DNA from: Microthyrium microscopicum
Lineage: Eukaryota
DNA length: 64,000 nt
Direction of reading: 5' to 3'
Assembly: GCA_010405405.1 (NCBI GenBank)
Contig: MU004245.1
Span: forward strand, 313,256 to 377,255
In this document: positions 36,373-49,329 of the stretch, in pieces
How positions within the stretch are numbered: the stretch's first letter is position 1
Layout: every line of letters begins with the position of its first letter
The notes under the pieces: model-generated
Database searches by the model: none
What the model was told of the DNA's origin: nothing
What the model saw: only the letters and a program-made list of their open reading frames with translations
Position numbers and translations under genes: made by a program

Positions 36373-37872
36373 ATGGCGGATCCTTTACCCATTACCGTAG
36401 CCGGTGACAGTGAAGATGATGAAGTTATAGAATTCAAGCAACCTCTTCGAAAAAAGCAGCAAGTAGCTCTGTTGATATCTGGATTTTTTGCTACGTTCAT
36501 GGTTTCTGGTGAGTTCAACGTTGTGGGATTCATCAATAGATTCATGGCTAACAGCGCAAAAGGTCTTACTCAGTCTTATGGCGTATTCCAAAGTTTTCAT
36601 CCCCATCATCTGGGTCATCCAGACGCCTTGTTGCCAGATCATGATGCTAAAAAGCGAGGTCTTCTGGCTCTGGTCGGTACATTGTGTAGCACGAGCATCG
36701 CATTGATACTAGGCATCTTTATGACACCCATTTTGGATAATACAACATCTACAAAATGGTTCTTTGGCGAGAGAAGTGGTGTTACATGGCTCATGGCCGG
36801 CGGATCTATATTGTTGGGCCTGGGATACTTCTTGTCAGCCTTTGTTCGAAATGTTAGTCCTTCTCATAGCTTCAAAGGCTTTTACTGATTGAGGATTTAG
36901 CTTTGGCAGTTGATTCTAACGCAAGGATTGATGGCTGGTGTTGGAGGAGCACTTCTCTTCTATCCAGTCCAAACCATCAGTCCGGAATACTTCAAATCCC
37001 ATCGCGCTCTAGCCTTTGGTATCCAAGCCTCCGGTAAGCTCCTAAACGCAACTATTCTTTTAACTTGCTAAACATGACTAGGATCCGGTCTCGGTGGCTT
37101 CACTTTTTCATTCCTTCTCCACGAACTTCTCGAACGACTCGGCATCCGCAAAACATTCCACGTCCTCGCCGGCAGCAATCTAATCGTCGGCCTCCTTCTT
37201 GCCCTCATCACGCCTCCTCCCCGCCCAGTCACTACTCCTCGCAAGTTCCTCCCCAAATCTGTTCGCTCTCAACCGCTTTTCTACATGCTCATGGCCACCG
37301 GCTTCATCTTCAGCATGGCCCTTGGCCAACCATCTATTTTCGGCCCTGACTTTGGCCGTTCAATCGCTCTATCCGCGCGTAACGCAGCTATCTGGCTCGC
37401 AGTAATGAACGGAGTGGGTGCACCCAGCCGCATAGCCTTTGGCTATATCGGCGACCGCTACGGCCGCCAGGGCACATGTCTAGTGACCAGCTGTGTGGGC
37501 GGAATAGGCGCACTTGCCTTCTGGCTCCCCGCGGCTCGGCTTCGAAGTGCGGCGTGTTTTTGGATATTCACGATCTTATTCGGTAGTGGAGCGGCTGGGT
37601 TCAACCAGTTCATCAGTCCCATTCTGCTCGATCTATACGGGCCTGAGGTGTACTTTAGTGTCAACGCGGCGGTGGCGTTGGCTAGGGGGTTGGGCAGTTT
37701 GATAGGAAGCCCGATTGGAGGAGCGATTCTGGGTAATCGTAAGGAGGCTAAGGAACATCCGGAGATGTATACATGGTTGATTGTGTTTACGGCGAGCTCG
37801 TTGTTGATCTCGTGCGTGATCAGTACGGTTATATGGCTAATGACTAGACGGAAGCCGGTCAAGTCAGGCTAG
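36373..37872 (+). CDS. MFS monocarboxylate transporter-like (MCT/Mch family); true start may lie further upstream
   Basis: Three probable introns (~36508, ~36853, ~37034); GLTQSYGVFQ, LWQLILTQG..GVGGALL, PEYF..HRALAFGI.ASG.GLGG, GYIGDRYGR. Confidence 0.82.
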
Positions 37873-38096
37873 GGGTGAAGCAGGCTATCTGAAAAGAGAT
37901 TTTGGAGTTTGCTTGTATTGTGATACCCTTTTACGGACGTTAAATTTCGTTCATTAGGGTACTGGTATAGAATTCCTGACAGATGGTATTGGACATAATT
38001 GGTATTTAGAAATAATGAATTAATTGGGTATCAGGAAGATGAAGAATGAGACGAATAATAATAAACAGCCTTGGCAGCCTTCCTACGTCCCAGATG

Positions 38097-38942
38097 CTAT
38101 CGTTTTCGTGTAGGTCGTCTCTTTGTGCTTTGCTTTGCCTTTGGTGTAGCTTTTGTCGTAGCCTTTCGACCGCCTCGTTTTGGAGGCGCCTTTTCGCTCT
38201 CCTCAGACTCTTCTTCCTCATCAGATTCTTCCTCATCCTCCTCTTCATCATTGTCGTCACCTTCTTCTTCGTCCTCATCTTCGCCTTCCTCTTCATCATC
38301 CTCCGCTTCCTCTTCGTCATTCTCCCCACTCAATTTAACGCCTGGAATACTCATCATGGTACTAAGGCCCTTAACCAGCTCGGGCCCTTCGAACAGCTCA
38401 TCTTTCCCACTCGCTAAGCGTCGTTTCCAAATAGATTCCGGATCAACCTCCAAATCAGGCAACTCAAAATCCCTCTGCCACTCCTCCTGCTCCCCCTCAT
38501 CTCCATCCTCACCACCGTCCTCTTTATCCTCCCCATCATCACTCCCCTCCGCACTCTCAATCCCCGCATGCGCATTCTCCCTCTGATCCAACGCATCCAA
38601 ATCATACAGCGAATACAACTTCGCCCATATTCCCGGTATCCTGAGATGGGCGGGTGGCTCACTCAAACCAGACGCAAAGCCATGGGAGCGAAAGTGTTCG
38701 AAGATGGACAGCATGCGGAAGTGTTTGTGAATGCCGGTTGGCTTCCAACGAACGAGACCTTTGAATAGAAGTGTTACTTCTTCATCGGTCCACGGATCGT
38801 TTTGGGCATTGGCAATGGCGTCGGCGTAGATGGATAGTTTTTGGGGGATCGCGGGTTGTGGAGGAGGGACTTTTGGTTGTGTTTCTTGGAGGGGTGTGGA
38901 GGAGTTGCGGGTGCTGTGGCGGGCGCGTTTGCGCGGAGGCAT
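38097..38942 (-). CDS. EAF7: Chromatin modification protein Eaf7 (CT20/MRGBP family, NuA4 subunit)
   Basis: MPPRKR start; DPWTDEEVTLLFKGLVRWKPTGIHKHFRM, IPGIWAKL..LYDL..LD; acidic tail. Confidence 0.9.
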   Translation of the reverse strand: MPPRKRARHSTRNSSTPLQETQPKVPPPQPAIPQKLSIYADAIANAQNDPWTDEEVTLLFKGLVRWKPTGIHKHFRMLSIFEHFRSHGFASGLSEPPAHLRIPGIWAKLYSLYDLDALDQRENAHAGIESAEGSDDGEDKEDGGEDGDEGEQEEWQRDFELPDLEVDPESIWKRRLASGKDELFEGPELVKGLSTMMSIPGVKLSGENDEEEAEDDEEEGEDEDEEEGDDNDEEEDEEESDEEEESEESEKAPPKRGGRKATTKATPKAKQSTKRRPTRKR

Positions 38943-39487
38943 TTTTGTGGTTGGTATGTTGATGACGTTTAAGGCGATGTTTGATTGTATGTTGTTGGAT
39001 AGTTGGTATTTGTTGGAGAGACGGGATGCAATGTTGAGTTTGGAGATGCAAAGAGATGTTGAAGTCAAGTCGCAGAGCCTCATTCGTCCCTGGCAGATCT
39101 GACAGATGGTCCGAGCTCGCATTAGGCAGGTATCGCCGCTAATTTTAGGGACACTCTCGCTAAGACACTGAGAAGCTGCCTCCTACACTCCTACGTCTGT
39201 TAGAAAGTAGTACACTGTCAGAATCATTGCATTTTCAATTGGAGGTTGCCTCGAACTGCATAATTCTTCCCTATTCACTAAGTGAGGTGACCACAACACT
39301 CGCAAGTGGATCAGCGAGACAATCCTCAAAACTTTAGCTAGCGCAGTGTAGCTGCACAACCCTGCGCATCTTGAATATCCCAACCGCATCCAAAGCTTCA
39401 ACACAGCTACTTCTTCCATCCCACATCTCAGCGCAATCTTTAATATCACCCTCTATAGTCCATCAAACCACCTCATAACCATCCAAG

Positions 39488-40099
39488 ATGGAAGCGCCCC
39501 AATCAACAACCCAACCCGCCCCAACAGACGAAGAAAAATCCAACCCCAAACCCCGCGACGCCCGCCTAATCCACGCCCTCCTCTCCGCCCAAGGCGTCAC
39601 CGCCTACCAAGACCGCGTCCCCGTTATGCTCGTCGACTTTGCCTACCGCTACACCCGCGGCGTTCTCTCCGACGCCGCTGCCCTCTCCGCCGAAGGCTAC
39701 GGTGCCCCCGAAGTCCACTCCAAAAGCAAGGGCGCACAAGACGACATCACCATGACGAGTCTACGGTTGGCGGTCGCGTCAAGACAGATATCACAGTTTC
39801 AGCCAAGTTTGGGGAAGCCGGATTTGAGCGAGATGGCGGTGGATACGAATCGTGCGGGGCTGCCGAGGGTGGATCGCGAGTTTGGGGTTAGATTGCCGGG
39901 GGAGAGACATTTGTTTACGGGGAGTGGGTTTGGAGTGCCGGAGGAGTGGGAGGAGGACATGGTTGTTGATGAGGAGGAGGTTGTCGAGGGTTTGGAGACG
40001 GCTGAGGGAGATGGAAGTGGGATATTGGATGATCAGGATATGGATGAGGATGAATTCGAAGAAGTCATGGGCACTGATCAAAAAATGGGCGGGACTTGA
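39488..40099 (+). CDS. TAF9: TFIID/SAGA subunit Taf9
   Basis: PRDARLIHALL..GVTAYQDRVP.MLVDFAYRYT..VLSDA; GVRLP.ER. Confidence 0.93.
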   Translation: MEAPQSTTQPAPTDEEKSNPKPRDARLIHALLSAQGVTAYQDRVPVMLVDFAYRYTRGVLSDAAALSAEGYGAPEVHSKSKGAQDDITMTSLRLAVASRQISQFQPSLGKPDLSEMAVDTNRAGLPRVDREFGVRLPGERHLFTGSGFGVPEEWEEDMVVDEEEVVEGLETAEGDGSGILDDQDMDEDEFEEVMGTDQKMGGT

Positions 40100-40367
40100 G
40101 GCTCTGAAGGGGAAGAGATTGGTCCTCGCTGGCACAATGGGTTATTGACTGCGGTATTTGATAGCAGCGTTGCTGGCGGACATCACATATGCTTTCTAGG
40201 AATACGGCGTTTGGAAATGGGTTCAAAGATACCCCTCTGCGATACATACATTGCAAGACTAAGCAGAGAATGGAGATTGATCATGCTCGCTAATTGATGT
40301 ATGTACTATAACGCCGTGCCCAAATGCTGAGATGCTGAAAATTCTATACCTGGAAGGCATCAATAAT

Positions 40368-40861
40368 TCACCCTCCCTTTCCTCGGCCATTCGGCTTGGG
40401 ACTGAGTAGTTCTCCTTCTGGTCCTCTTACTCTGTTCCAGTTGTCGTCCATCCCCCACCAGTCCTTGAGCTTCTTTTCATTCTCTATTCTGTCTTGCGCT
40501 TCCTTCTCTCTTTCCTTCCTCCTGTGATCCAGTTTGGAGAACCATTCTGCTCGCGCCCGGTCTTCCTCTTCTTGTGTGGCATGTAGACGAAGGCAGTGGT
40601 TCATATTGAGCTTTTCCGATGAACAAGTGAAGTTGACGGAAACGACGTTAGCCTTTGCGCAGGCGGCGAATTCTAGGACTCGTAAGTAGTGGCTTGAGAA
40701 TAAAATGTCGCGTATAACTGACTAGCTATTTGATCTGAGCATTTCGACCGTACGGCTTTATGGTAAATATCTCGGATCTCAGATTCTTGCTTGGAAGAGA
40801 GTGGTATGGGTTGTATTATCCGCCGCGCTGACTGTGACGTTATGGGTGTTGGTTGAGACAT
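40368..40861 (-). CDS. CMC1: Twin CX9C COX assembly mitochondrial protein (Cmc1-like)
   Basis: Intron 40673-40722; PLSSKQE.EIR..Y..VRSKC-x9-C..C-x9-C spacing. Confidence 0.8.
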
Positions 40862-41272
40862 TTGAGCTCTATATTCGATACTTCAGGTGCCTGTCGAGCT
40901 ATCACTGCTATAACATAAATGGTAGCGAGTCAATTGTCTCCGCGCAGTCCAGTCTCTCTTTTCTTCAGAATGTCCAAGCTCTAGAAGTTCAGAGAAATGG
41001 ACGTTCCTGCCAAGCCTCGACCATGCAGCCTGGACTTAACGTCACTCAGAATTTAATTCCGAAGTCGATGCTTCTGCCATGGCAACGACGGTTTACCAAC
41101 AATAAAATGGCCGCCCTCCCCTGACCTAATCCCTCTTCTTCCATAACCTTTTACACTCACAACCCACTCTCCCATTCTACTCCTCTCCTCCAAACCACTC
41201 TCAAACTCTCTTCATCTATCATCCATACGCTTACAAAACATTTAAACAAAAAAAAACATTCACACACTCGCA

Positions 41273-43086
41273 ATGGCATCGTCAATGCAAGTCTGCACAC
41301 CCACAAAGGGTCGTGTTTTCAACACAAAGACCGCCGGCGGTCGGATGCCTCTCACTCCATCTCCAAAAGCTTCTCCACGCTTCCAACAGATGCAGAAGCA
41401 AACCTCCCCCGCTGCTAACTCTACCTCTATCCATTCTACTCCCACTTTTCTTCAAGCACTGCCTAAGTCCGGCGCTCGGAAACAGTCGACCAAGACAAAC
41501 ATTGCTCTGGCCAACTCCCCCAAGCGAATGGACTTGGGTATGTCCGAGTGGTCATTGACAGGAACAGGCACTACTCCAAGCAAAGCACGCGCCCTCGCAT
41601 CTCGTCCTCGGCCAGGACACAAGTCTTCCGTTCGCATTGCTTACAATGCTGCTGACCGCTTCTTGCCTAACCGTGCGGCTAGTGATGGCCTTGTCAACGT
41701 AGGTATTGCTAAACTTGACCTTGACTCAAGCAGACGTCCAAAGTCCAGCCGAACCCAAGATGGTTCAAGCATCCTCGCTGGTGCCGCCTCCGCCTTTGAC
41801 ATTGGTGGTCGTGGCTCCGAAAACGACCGTGACGACTATGATGATGAAGCCGACAAGTACACCAAGCCCGCTCCAGAAAAGCTTGCTTATGAATCTTCCA
41901 TCGCCAAAGCTTGCGGTGTCAATCCTCAAACTCGCATTCTCGCCTTCAAGCCAGCTGCTCCGGAATCCAACAAGCCTATTGATTTGCGTTCTCAGTACAA
42001 CCGTCCATTGAAGCCAGCTAACTCTCTGTCTGCTCAATTTCGTCGTCGCATTTTGACCTCTCCTGAACGCGTTCTTGATGCACCAAACATTGTTGATGAC
42101 TACTACCTCAACGTCCTTGACTGGTCTTGCAACAACCAAGTCGCCATTGGTCTCGGTTCCTCTGTCTATGTTTGGTCTGCAGAATCTGGCGGTGTTTCAT
42201 CTCTACTCGAGACCTCACCAGAACAGCACGTCTCCTCTCTCAAATGGAGCAACGATGGTGCCTTCGTTAGCGTCGGTCTCTCCACTGGTGAAGTCCAAAT
42301 CTGGGACGTTGAAGATCAACAAAAGGTCCGAAGCATGTTCGGCCACGAGACTCGCGTTGGTGTTATGGGTAAGTTCATCTTCATCTCAGCTTGAAGCACA
42401 ACTAACAATCTTCAGCATGGAACAAGCATCTCCTAACCACCGGTGCCCGCAACGGTTGGATGTTCAACCACGATGTCCGCATCGCCAACCACAAAACCGC
42501 TACCCTAGACTGCCACACCGGCGAAATTTGCGGTCTCGACTGGCGCTCCGACGGCTCTCAACTCGCCGCCGGCGGCAACGACAACCTCGTCAGCATCTGG
42601 GACGCTCGCGCTCTCAATGCCCCAAAATTCCAAAAGACCAACCACACCGCCGCCGTCAAGGCTCTTAGCTGGTGCCCATGGACCCACAACCTTCTCGCCA
42701 CCGGCGGAGGTAGCCATGACCGTCACATCCATTTCTGGAACACCACCACCGGCGCTCGCGTCAACTCCATTGACACTGGTAGCCAAGTCACCTCTCTCAA
42801 CTGGAGCACTCAGTACAAGGAAATTGCTTCCACCTCCGGTTTCCCTGACAATAGCATTAGCGTCTGGAGCTATCCCAGCCTCGTCAAGAACATTGAGATT
42901 CCAGCCCACGAGAGCCGTGTTCTCCACTCTTGCCTCAGCCCTGATGGTCAAACTCTCGCTACCGCTGCCGCTGATGAGAGCTTGAAGTTCTGGAAGATCT
43001 TTGAGAAGAAGCCAGGTTCTGCATCTGGTCTCGGTGGTGTTGGTTCATCAAAAGCTGAAAGCAAGATGAACCAGGTGATCCGCTAA
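41273..43086 (+). CDS. CDC20: APC/C activator Cdc20/Slp1 (WD40)
   Basis: C-box DRFLPNR, RILAFK, ERVLDAP.IVDDYYLN.LDW, WD40 repeats, C-terminal IR tail; intron 42369-42415. Confidence 0.95.
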
Positions 43087-43348
43087 TCGAGTTCGTGTGA
43101 ATGCACAAATACAACAACGACAACATCGACAACAAAAAAGATACAGTTATGACTTCATGATGTGAATTGATTGATGCGGTTGGGCTGCATTTTTTGGCGT
43201 TGTTGGAATGATACCCAGTTTTATAATCATTCGTCTAGCATTCAGCGATTAAGCTATTTTTGCTGTTCTTAATGTATGACCTTCGGGTTTGATTCAACCT
43301 TTTCTCCTATATGTCGTGATGTCTCTCCATTCTTCATCGTGATTGTCC

Positions 43349-44894
43349 TTAGTCTTCCTTCAGACCCCAGCCTTTGCCACCGCACCAAATTGCCGTTGGC
43401 ACAGCACTCACTGCACAAAGCGCGCCCAAACTCCATGTCATCGTACCCCATCCTGCTTTCTCTTGAACAAATCCTCCCCATAGTGGGCCGATCAAACATC
43501 CTAAGGCAAAGGCAAAGTTGAATAGTCCATATGCTTGTGCATACGCTCCTTTGGCTCCGAATTCGCCTTGTCGGCTCTTCTTTTCCACGATACAAGTAAT
43601 CTCTGCCATGATTGGCGTGATGATTAGATCAGTGGCAACGCCTAGGAGAGCGAGAAGTGCTACTAGTAATACCTTCTGCGATAGAGTGTTGTACTTGACC
43701 AGGCGGAATAGTGTCTCAACTGGTACAGCGAGTAAGAAACCTGCTGTGGAAATCCATTTGGGTCCAAAGCGATCTGATGCCCAGCCGACGAATGGGCCGA
43801 GGAAAGATGGCACACAAAGTGCGAGGAAGAGAAGACCTGCCAGATATTAGCAATCAAGCGGTATAAAGAAACTGATCAGAATATATCGTACCAGCTCCAA
43901 GAGACGTCCAGTGGAAAGTAGCCTCCACATACAACGCCAACACCGCATCCAAAGACGTTAACAGCGTTGCCATAACCATCGATCCCCAAAGCGCAACAAT
44001 CAATCTCTTCGATCTTAACAGCGTAACCAAACTCGCCGGTGTCTTTCCCTGTGTCCGCCCTGTCCCTTCCACCACCACAGCATCTACATTGGCCACCTCC
44101 TCGTTGACAGGCCTTAGTTCAATCTCCTCGCCCGCCTCCTCAGCACTCAACCACCGTCTTGCCACGCCCCTCTCAACGGCAACCAATCTCAGAAAGATAT
44201 CAAAGCCAACCAGAACGTAACTCAAGATAAACACAGCATTATATCCCACTTTATCAAACACCACGCCGCCCACCAGCGGGCCCATAAGCAGACCCAGACT
44301 CATGGCGAGATAGACATAGCCCATGGCAGCGCCGATATCGTCTTTCGAAACAGTGTCTGCCATCATGGCTAGCCCGACGATCCAGACGACGGAGGCGGAG
44401 GCACCTTGCAGAATACGCGCGAAGATAAGCACACCAATGGAGCGCCCTAGGTGCAGCATTATGGTTGCTGCAGTGAGAACTAGAAGACCTAGAAGAAATG
44501 GTGCTCTTCTGGTGCGGGTGTGGTCTGCTATATATCCAAACAGTGCTGTTGTAGTTAGTATATGCCAGTTTGAAGCTCGACGGAAATCTTACGGCTTGTA
44601 AGGGCCAAAGCAGCACCGTACGCCGCTATAAATACTGTGACATATGTGCTGACTAGAGTTCCCATTAGCATTTCTTCAGTGTGGAAAGTACTAGTTGAAC
44701 CTACCTTTATCATCGGCGACATGAGCTCTAGATTTCAAAGAAAATGGAACTACTGGGACAATAACAGAGTATAAAAATATATCTGTAAATGCAGCGAATG
44801 ATATGATGAAAATCAAGAATGTTTTTGAGCTTCTGAATTTAAGAAATCTCGGCTTTTCCTCCACATTGATGAATGATCGTATTGCGGTCAACAT
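43349..44894 (-). CDS. MFS transporter, vesicular amine transporter-like
   Basis: Three introns; FTDIFLYSVIVPVVP, ARILQGAS..VVW.VGLA..ADT, GAYAQAYGLFNFAFALG..GP. Confidence 0.87.
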
Positions 44895-45678
44895 TTTGAA
44901 CTCTCTTTCAACTTATTCTGACAACAAGATATTGGCATAATAGTAGTTTATGAAAGGCAAAAGTTCATAATAAGATAGCTCGTATTAAGGACGGGAAAGG
45001 TGGATTTTCCTAGCGAAAAGTTTTCCGCGGCTGCCATCGGGATCTCTGATAGAAATCGATGTGGATTGGAGGGTTTTCAGTGTCGGTCGTCATCGCGTAT
45101 GATGACTCGACTTGACGATAGTCCAGCAGGGATTTATGTCTTAGACTTCAACACGGGCAGAATGATTTTGAAAATGCTTGAAGAAATAAGTATGAATTGT
45201 TCCTGGTCGTCTTGTAAGAGCTCAAAAGAGCATTTTTGGACTGATAGATGGTCATGCTCCCCCAAATTATCAAGCTCTCCACAACATCATTTCCATCTCA
45301 TCACTTCCGTGTTGTCTTCAAAAGCTTACTACATATCATAAGGAAGAAGTGCCTTTCATCTCGCTTGTACTTACTATTCCTGGTGGCATCACTTGCGGCT
45401 TGATTCTCAGGTGGTGAGGTGACAGCCAAGTCAAATCGCCAGCCACATATCATGTTAATCCTGTAGGTTTACATGTCCTATAGAACAGTTTGAGAAACAT
45501 GTTAACTAAAGGAGTTCCTTGGACAAGATTTTGACTAGTTGAAGATTTGAAGAAATTGGCGCTAAATGTCTGCATTCTAACCTAGCCCATCTTGGAGTTT
45601 GCTCCATCTCTAATTTTCTATCAAAAAACCTCAACTCCATTCAATCTTTCCCAAAACCATACACCAACAATCATCATA

Positions 45679-47121
45679 ATGTCCGACTCAGAGGAACTCG
45701 AATTTGCAGTACCGCAGGCTAAGCGGCAGCGACTGAGCCCCACCGCGCCTTCGCGGATAAAGAAAAAGGCAGCCAGAGTAGAAAATTCAACAACGTTGAA
45801 GAGCAAGGACCAAGAGTCAAACAAAACATTTGAAGCACTAGGCGTTAAACCATGGCTTGTGAATGCCCTTGCTTCCATGCAGATTAAAACACCAACTCCT
45901 ATTCAAGCAGAATCAATACCGCCCATAATAGCAGGCAGCGACTGTATAGGTGGGAGCAAGACTGGTTCAGGGAAAACCGTGGCGTTCTCTGTGCCAATTC
46001 TGCAAAAATGGGCTGAAGATCAATTCGGTATATTTGCTTTAATTTTGACTCCAACAAGAGAGTTGGCTCTTCAGATTTACGAGCAAGTCAAAGCGCTGTC
46101 TGCTAGATCTGGCTTGAAAGTGCTGCTTGTGACTGGGGGAGCAGATATGAGAGCACAAGCAATTTCTCTCGAAACCAGACCACATATAGTTGTTGCCACA
46201 CCTGGAAGACTGGCAGACCATATCAAATACTCTGGAGATGACACTACGTGCGGTTTCAGAAAAGTCAAGTTTCTAGTACTAGATGAAGCAGATCGTCTGC
46301 TCGCTCCTGGCTACGGCTCCCAAGTACCGGACATTGAGACATGTCTAGACGTTCTTCCACCACCAGAAGAGCGGCAAACTCTTTTCTTCACAGCAACTGT
46401 TACATCACAAGTTCGCGCCCTACAAGAAAAGCCTAGAGCTCCTGGTCGTCCTCCTGTGTACGTTGCCGAAATCGATCCCAACGAGACCATTGCCATTCCT
46501 ACCACCCTTCGACAAACTTATATCCTCACACCGGTTACGCAAAGAGAAGCCTATCTACATATCATTCTGAGCACAGAGTTGAATGAGGATAGAAGCACGA
46601 TAATTTTCTGCAACCGGACCGCCACTGCCACATATCTAGAATACCTCATCCGCCTCCTACGACATCGCGTCACATCACTACATTCAGGATTACAACAACG
46701 CGATCGCACAAATAACCTCGCCCGCTTTCGAGCCAGGGCTGCACGTATCCTTGTGGCAACAGATCTTGCAGCTCGTGGTTTGGACATACCGAGCGTGGAT
46801 CTAGTCATAAATTACGATTTACCGCGAGATCCAGATGACTACATTCATCGTGTAGGCCGAACAGCACGTGCAGGCCGAGAAGGAACTTCCATCACACTCG
46901 TCGGCCAGCGAGATGTCAACTTGGTCCTTGCGATCGAAGAAAGAGTTGGCGACAAGATGATCAAGTACGAGGAGGAGGGCGTTAATGTGGATTCTAGAGT
47001 CGCAAAAGAAGTAACACTGAAAGAGGTGGGCGATGCCAAGATTGAAGCAGTGATGCGGATTGAAGAAGGAAAGGATGTCAAGGGAAATAGGAAAAGATTG
47101 GCTTTGAAGCGAAAGAACTAG
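45679..47121 (+). CDS. DBP8: ATP-dependent DEAD-box RNA helicase Dbp8
   Basis: Q motif PTPIQ, GSGKT, PTRELA, TPGRL, DEAD, FTAT (TAT typical of Dbp8), [17 protein letters not shown]. Confidence 0.92.
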   Translation: MSDSEELEFAVPQAKRQRLSPTAPSRIKKKAARVENSTTLKSKDQESNKTFEALGVKPWLVNALASMQIKTPTPIQAESIPPIIAGSDCIGGSKTGSGKTVAFSVPILQKWAEDQFGIFALILTPTRELALQIYEQVKALSARSGLKVLLVTGGADMRAQAISLETRPHIVVATPGRLADHIKYSGDDTTCGFRKVKFLVLDEADRLLAPGYGSQVPDIETCLDVLPPPEERQTLFFTATVTSQVRALQEKPRAPGRPPVYVAEIDPNETIAIPTTLRQTYILTPVTQREAYLHIILSTELNEDRSTIIFCNRTATATYLEYLIRLLRHRVTSLHSGLQQRDRTNNLARFRARAARILVATDLAARGLDIPSVDLVINYDLPRDPDDYIHRVGRTARAGREGTSITLVGQRDVNLVLAIEERVGDKMIKYEEEGVNVDSRVAKEVTLKEVGDAKIEAVMRIEEGKDVKGNRKRLALKRKN

Positions 47122-47634
47122 TCCATTCTGGATGAAAATGAATCCAAGGATTATTTCCATGATACCCAGCGCTGTTTATACAGGCCCACCAGTCTGTTTT
47201 CATGACTTGATATAACCAAGTCGAACGTGTGATTGCACTATGATGTTGTGTGACCTTGTAGCCTGACTCTCGAGGGACAAAATAAGTGAGCCGTTTGTAT
47301 GGAGTTCCTATCGATTACGAGGGCTGCTTTAGTTACTATCGTACTCCATAACCTAATGGAAGTTTTACAACGCTAATGGGTATTTGAGCAGTCATTCTTC
47401 AAGACGTATTATAGCAGCCATCGTAGCCAATGGGAATAGTCGTCAAAACGGGCCTCTTTATTTTGTCCCTAGAGTGGAGAGCCTGACTTTGGCATCTTGA
47501 AACATTCGACCAACAGGAGAAGATTTTACTCTTCATTGTGGCTATTCATTGGCCTTCCTCCGCCATTTGAAATAACAAAGTTCCATGTTAATATTTCTTC
47601 CAAGCCCACTGCTACCATTGTAACAATTCAATCC

Positions 47635-48756
47635 ATGGCTACAAAAGTTCCATCACTATTCAAAATTGGTCAAGCGATAAAAGGACGTTTTGGAACGTAC
47701 ATCATCACGAAGGAATATCAAGCAGGAGTGTGGGCCGCCAAGTGAGATATCAAGCTCAATCAAGATTAATTTATCTCATTCCAGACAGAAACTCGCTCAA
47801 AGAAACCGTTGTCGTCAAAAGCGTTGCGGACCACCCGCGCGTCGAAAATGAAAGAGATAACCTAAGACGTTTTCAAGAGCAGACGCCTTGTATAAGACCT
47901 ATCTTAGATGAAGTCGTAAACACTTCTATTCCCACGACCATCATTCTTAAGCATCTAGATACTACGTTGCTAGATGCTTCTATCAAAAGGAATTTAAACC
48001 GCAAAGAGCTCAAATACGTCTCACGTCGTGTACTTGAAGCTATTCAAGTCTTACATGCTGATGGATACGTCCACACAGGTAGAAGATTTCCTCACAGATT
48101 GATACTCGTTGTGAGTATCATCGATACTAATAGTTCAGCAGATATCAAGCCTGATAATGTTTTCATCAATTACGGACAAGGCGATCTTCGCTTCGCCAAC
48201 GTCCAGCTTGGAGATCTCGGAGGTTCATATCCTATGGACTCCAAGTGGGCCAAAGAGGGAACTCCAGTTGGAGCACCAATGTGGTCGAGCCCAGAAATTA
48301 TCATGGAAAGACCTTGGAACACAGCAACTGACATATGGTCATTCGGTGCGATGGTAGGTTTGCAACCAAAGCCACGAATACATTTTTAACAATTTATAGC
48401 TGATCAGTCTTATTTATGGCGGCAACTTTTGCTTGTTTCGTCCTAGAACAGTATCGTACGACCATGAAGAATATGGCCTCGAGGTACTGAAGCGACAGTT
48501 TCAGTACTTTGGGCCGTTTGAGAAGGAGTATCTCGAGATCGCTAGTCCAGAGGTCGTGCAAGCTATATTCTGGCTCATGCAAGAAGTCCCTGCGGCGACC
48601 ATGACGCAGTTTCATCGAACGACAGAGAGGGAAGTTTGTCAAAGTGATAAAGATTTCATTGGGAAGATTATGAAACTGGATTGGAGGCAGAGACCGACAG
48701 CAAAGGAACTGCTTGAGGACGAATGGTGGATGGAGCCTGAGGAGAGTAGACCCTGA
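47635..48756 (+). CDS. Ser/Thr protein kinase (fungal SRPK/CMGC-like, short)
   Basis: Introns 47742-47788, 48079-48141, 48354-48399; VVVKS, HTDIKPDN, DLG, SPE, DIWSFG, RPTA.ELL.D.W. Confidence 0.85.
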
Positions 48757-48880
48757 TCGAGGATTGATCCATCACGTTTATAAAAAAATTCAGGCCTGGT
48801 AGTCTAAATACTATTTGTGTTTCCCAATGTCATGTTAACAGCAAATCATGAACTTTCGGATCGGCGTCAGGATTCACAAG

Positions 48881-49034
48881 AGATAAGAGCCGCATAGGAA
48901 GACGCTCAGCAAGGAAATTGATTTGCAAACAAGACTAACCCCTGTGCTTTGGGGTTTGGTGAAACAGTATAACGTAGATAAGAGCTTACGCTCGAGGCAT
49001 CTTGAAGAGCTGTTTTAAAGACGGGATAAACCGA
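48881..49034 (+). promoter_or_regulatory. Cluster of GATAA (AreA/NIT2-type) sites and a CGG-N6-CCG Zn2Cys6 (UaY/Ppr1-type) site
   Basis: AGATAAGAGC at 48881 and 48976; ACGG-GATAAA-CCGA at 49021-49034, ~300 bp upstream of an NCS1 permease. Confidence 0.55.
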
Positions 49035-49329
49035 AGAAAGCAGAGTAAAACTTCTGATCGACTCCAGGATGCTCATCTTTGCTCTTGATATCGTAGCTAA
49101 ACCATTTGGTATTGGGTAGAATTCATCATGAGCCGTTCACCCCACGTACTGAAGTAACCTGAAAGCTAGAAACGGCCCAACGGCCGCTAAACCAAGCATC
49201 TGGGACAGAGCTATACATATGGTCAGTGTCGCTAAAGTCTTGAATACTGGAAGCGAATCCCCGAAGCTTCGACGTTATACACTACGCCATTGCCAGTCCT
49301 AACTTCAACTCAGACCTAAGGAGTTGATA

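Noticed and set aside
38006..38586. Ser-rich and hydrophobic ORFs overlapping EAF7
   Set aside because: Alternative-frame readings of the GAR/GAY acidic repeat tail
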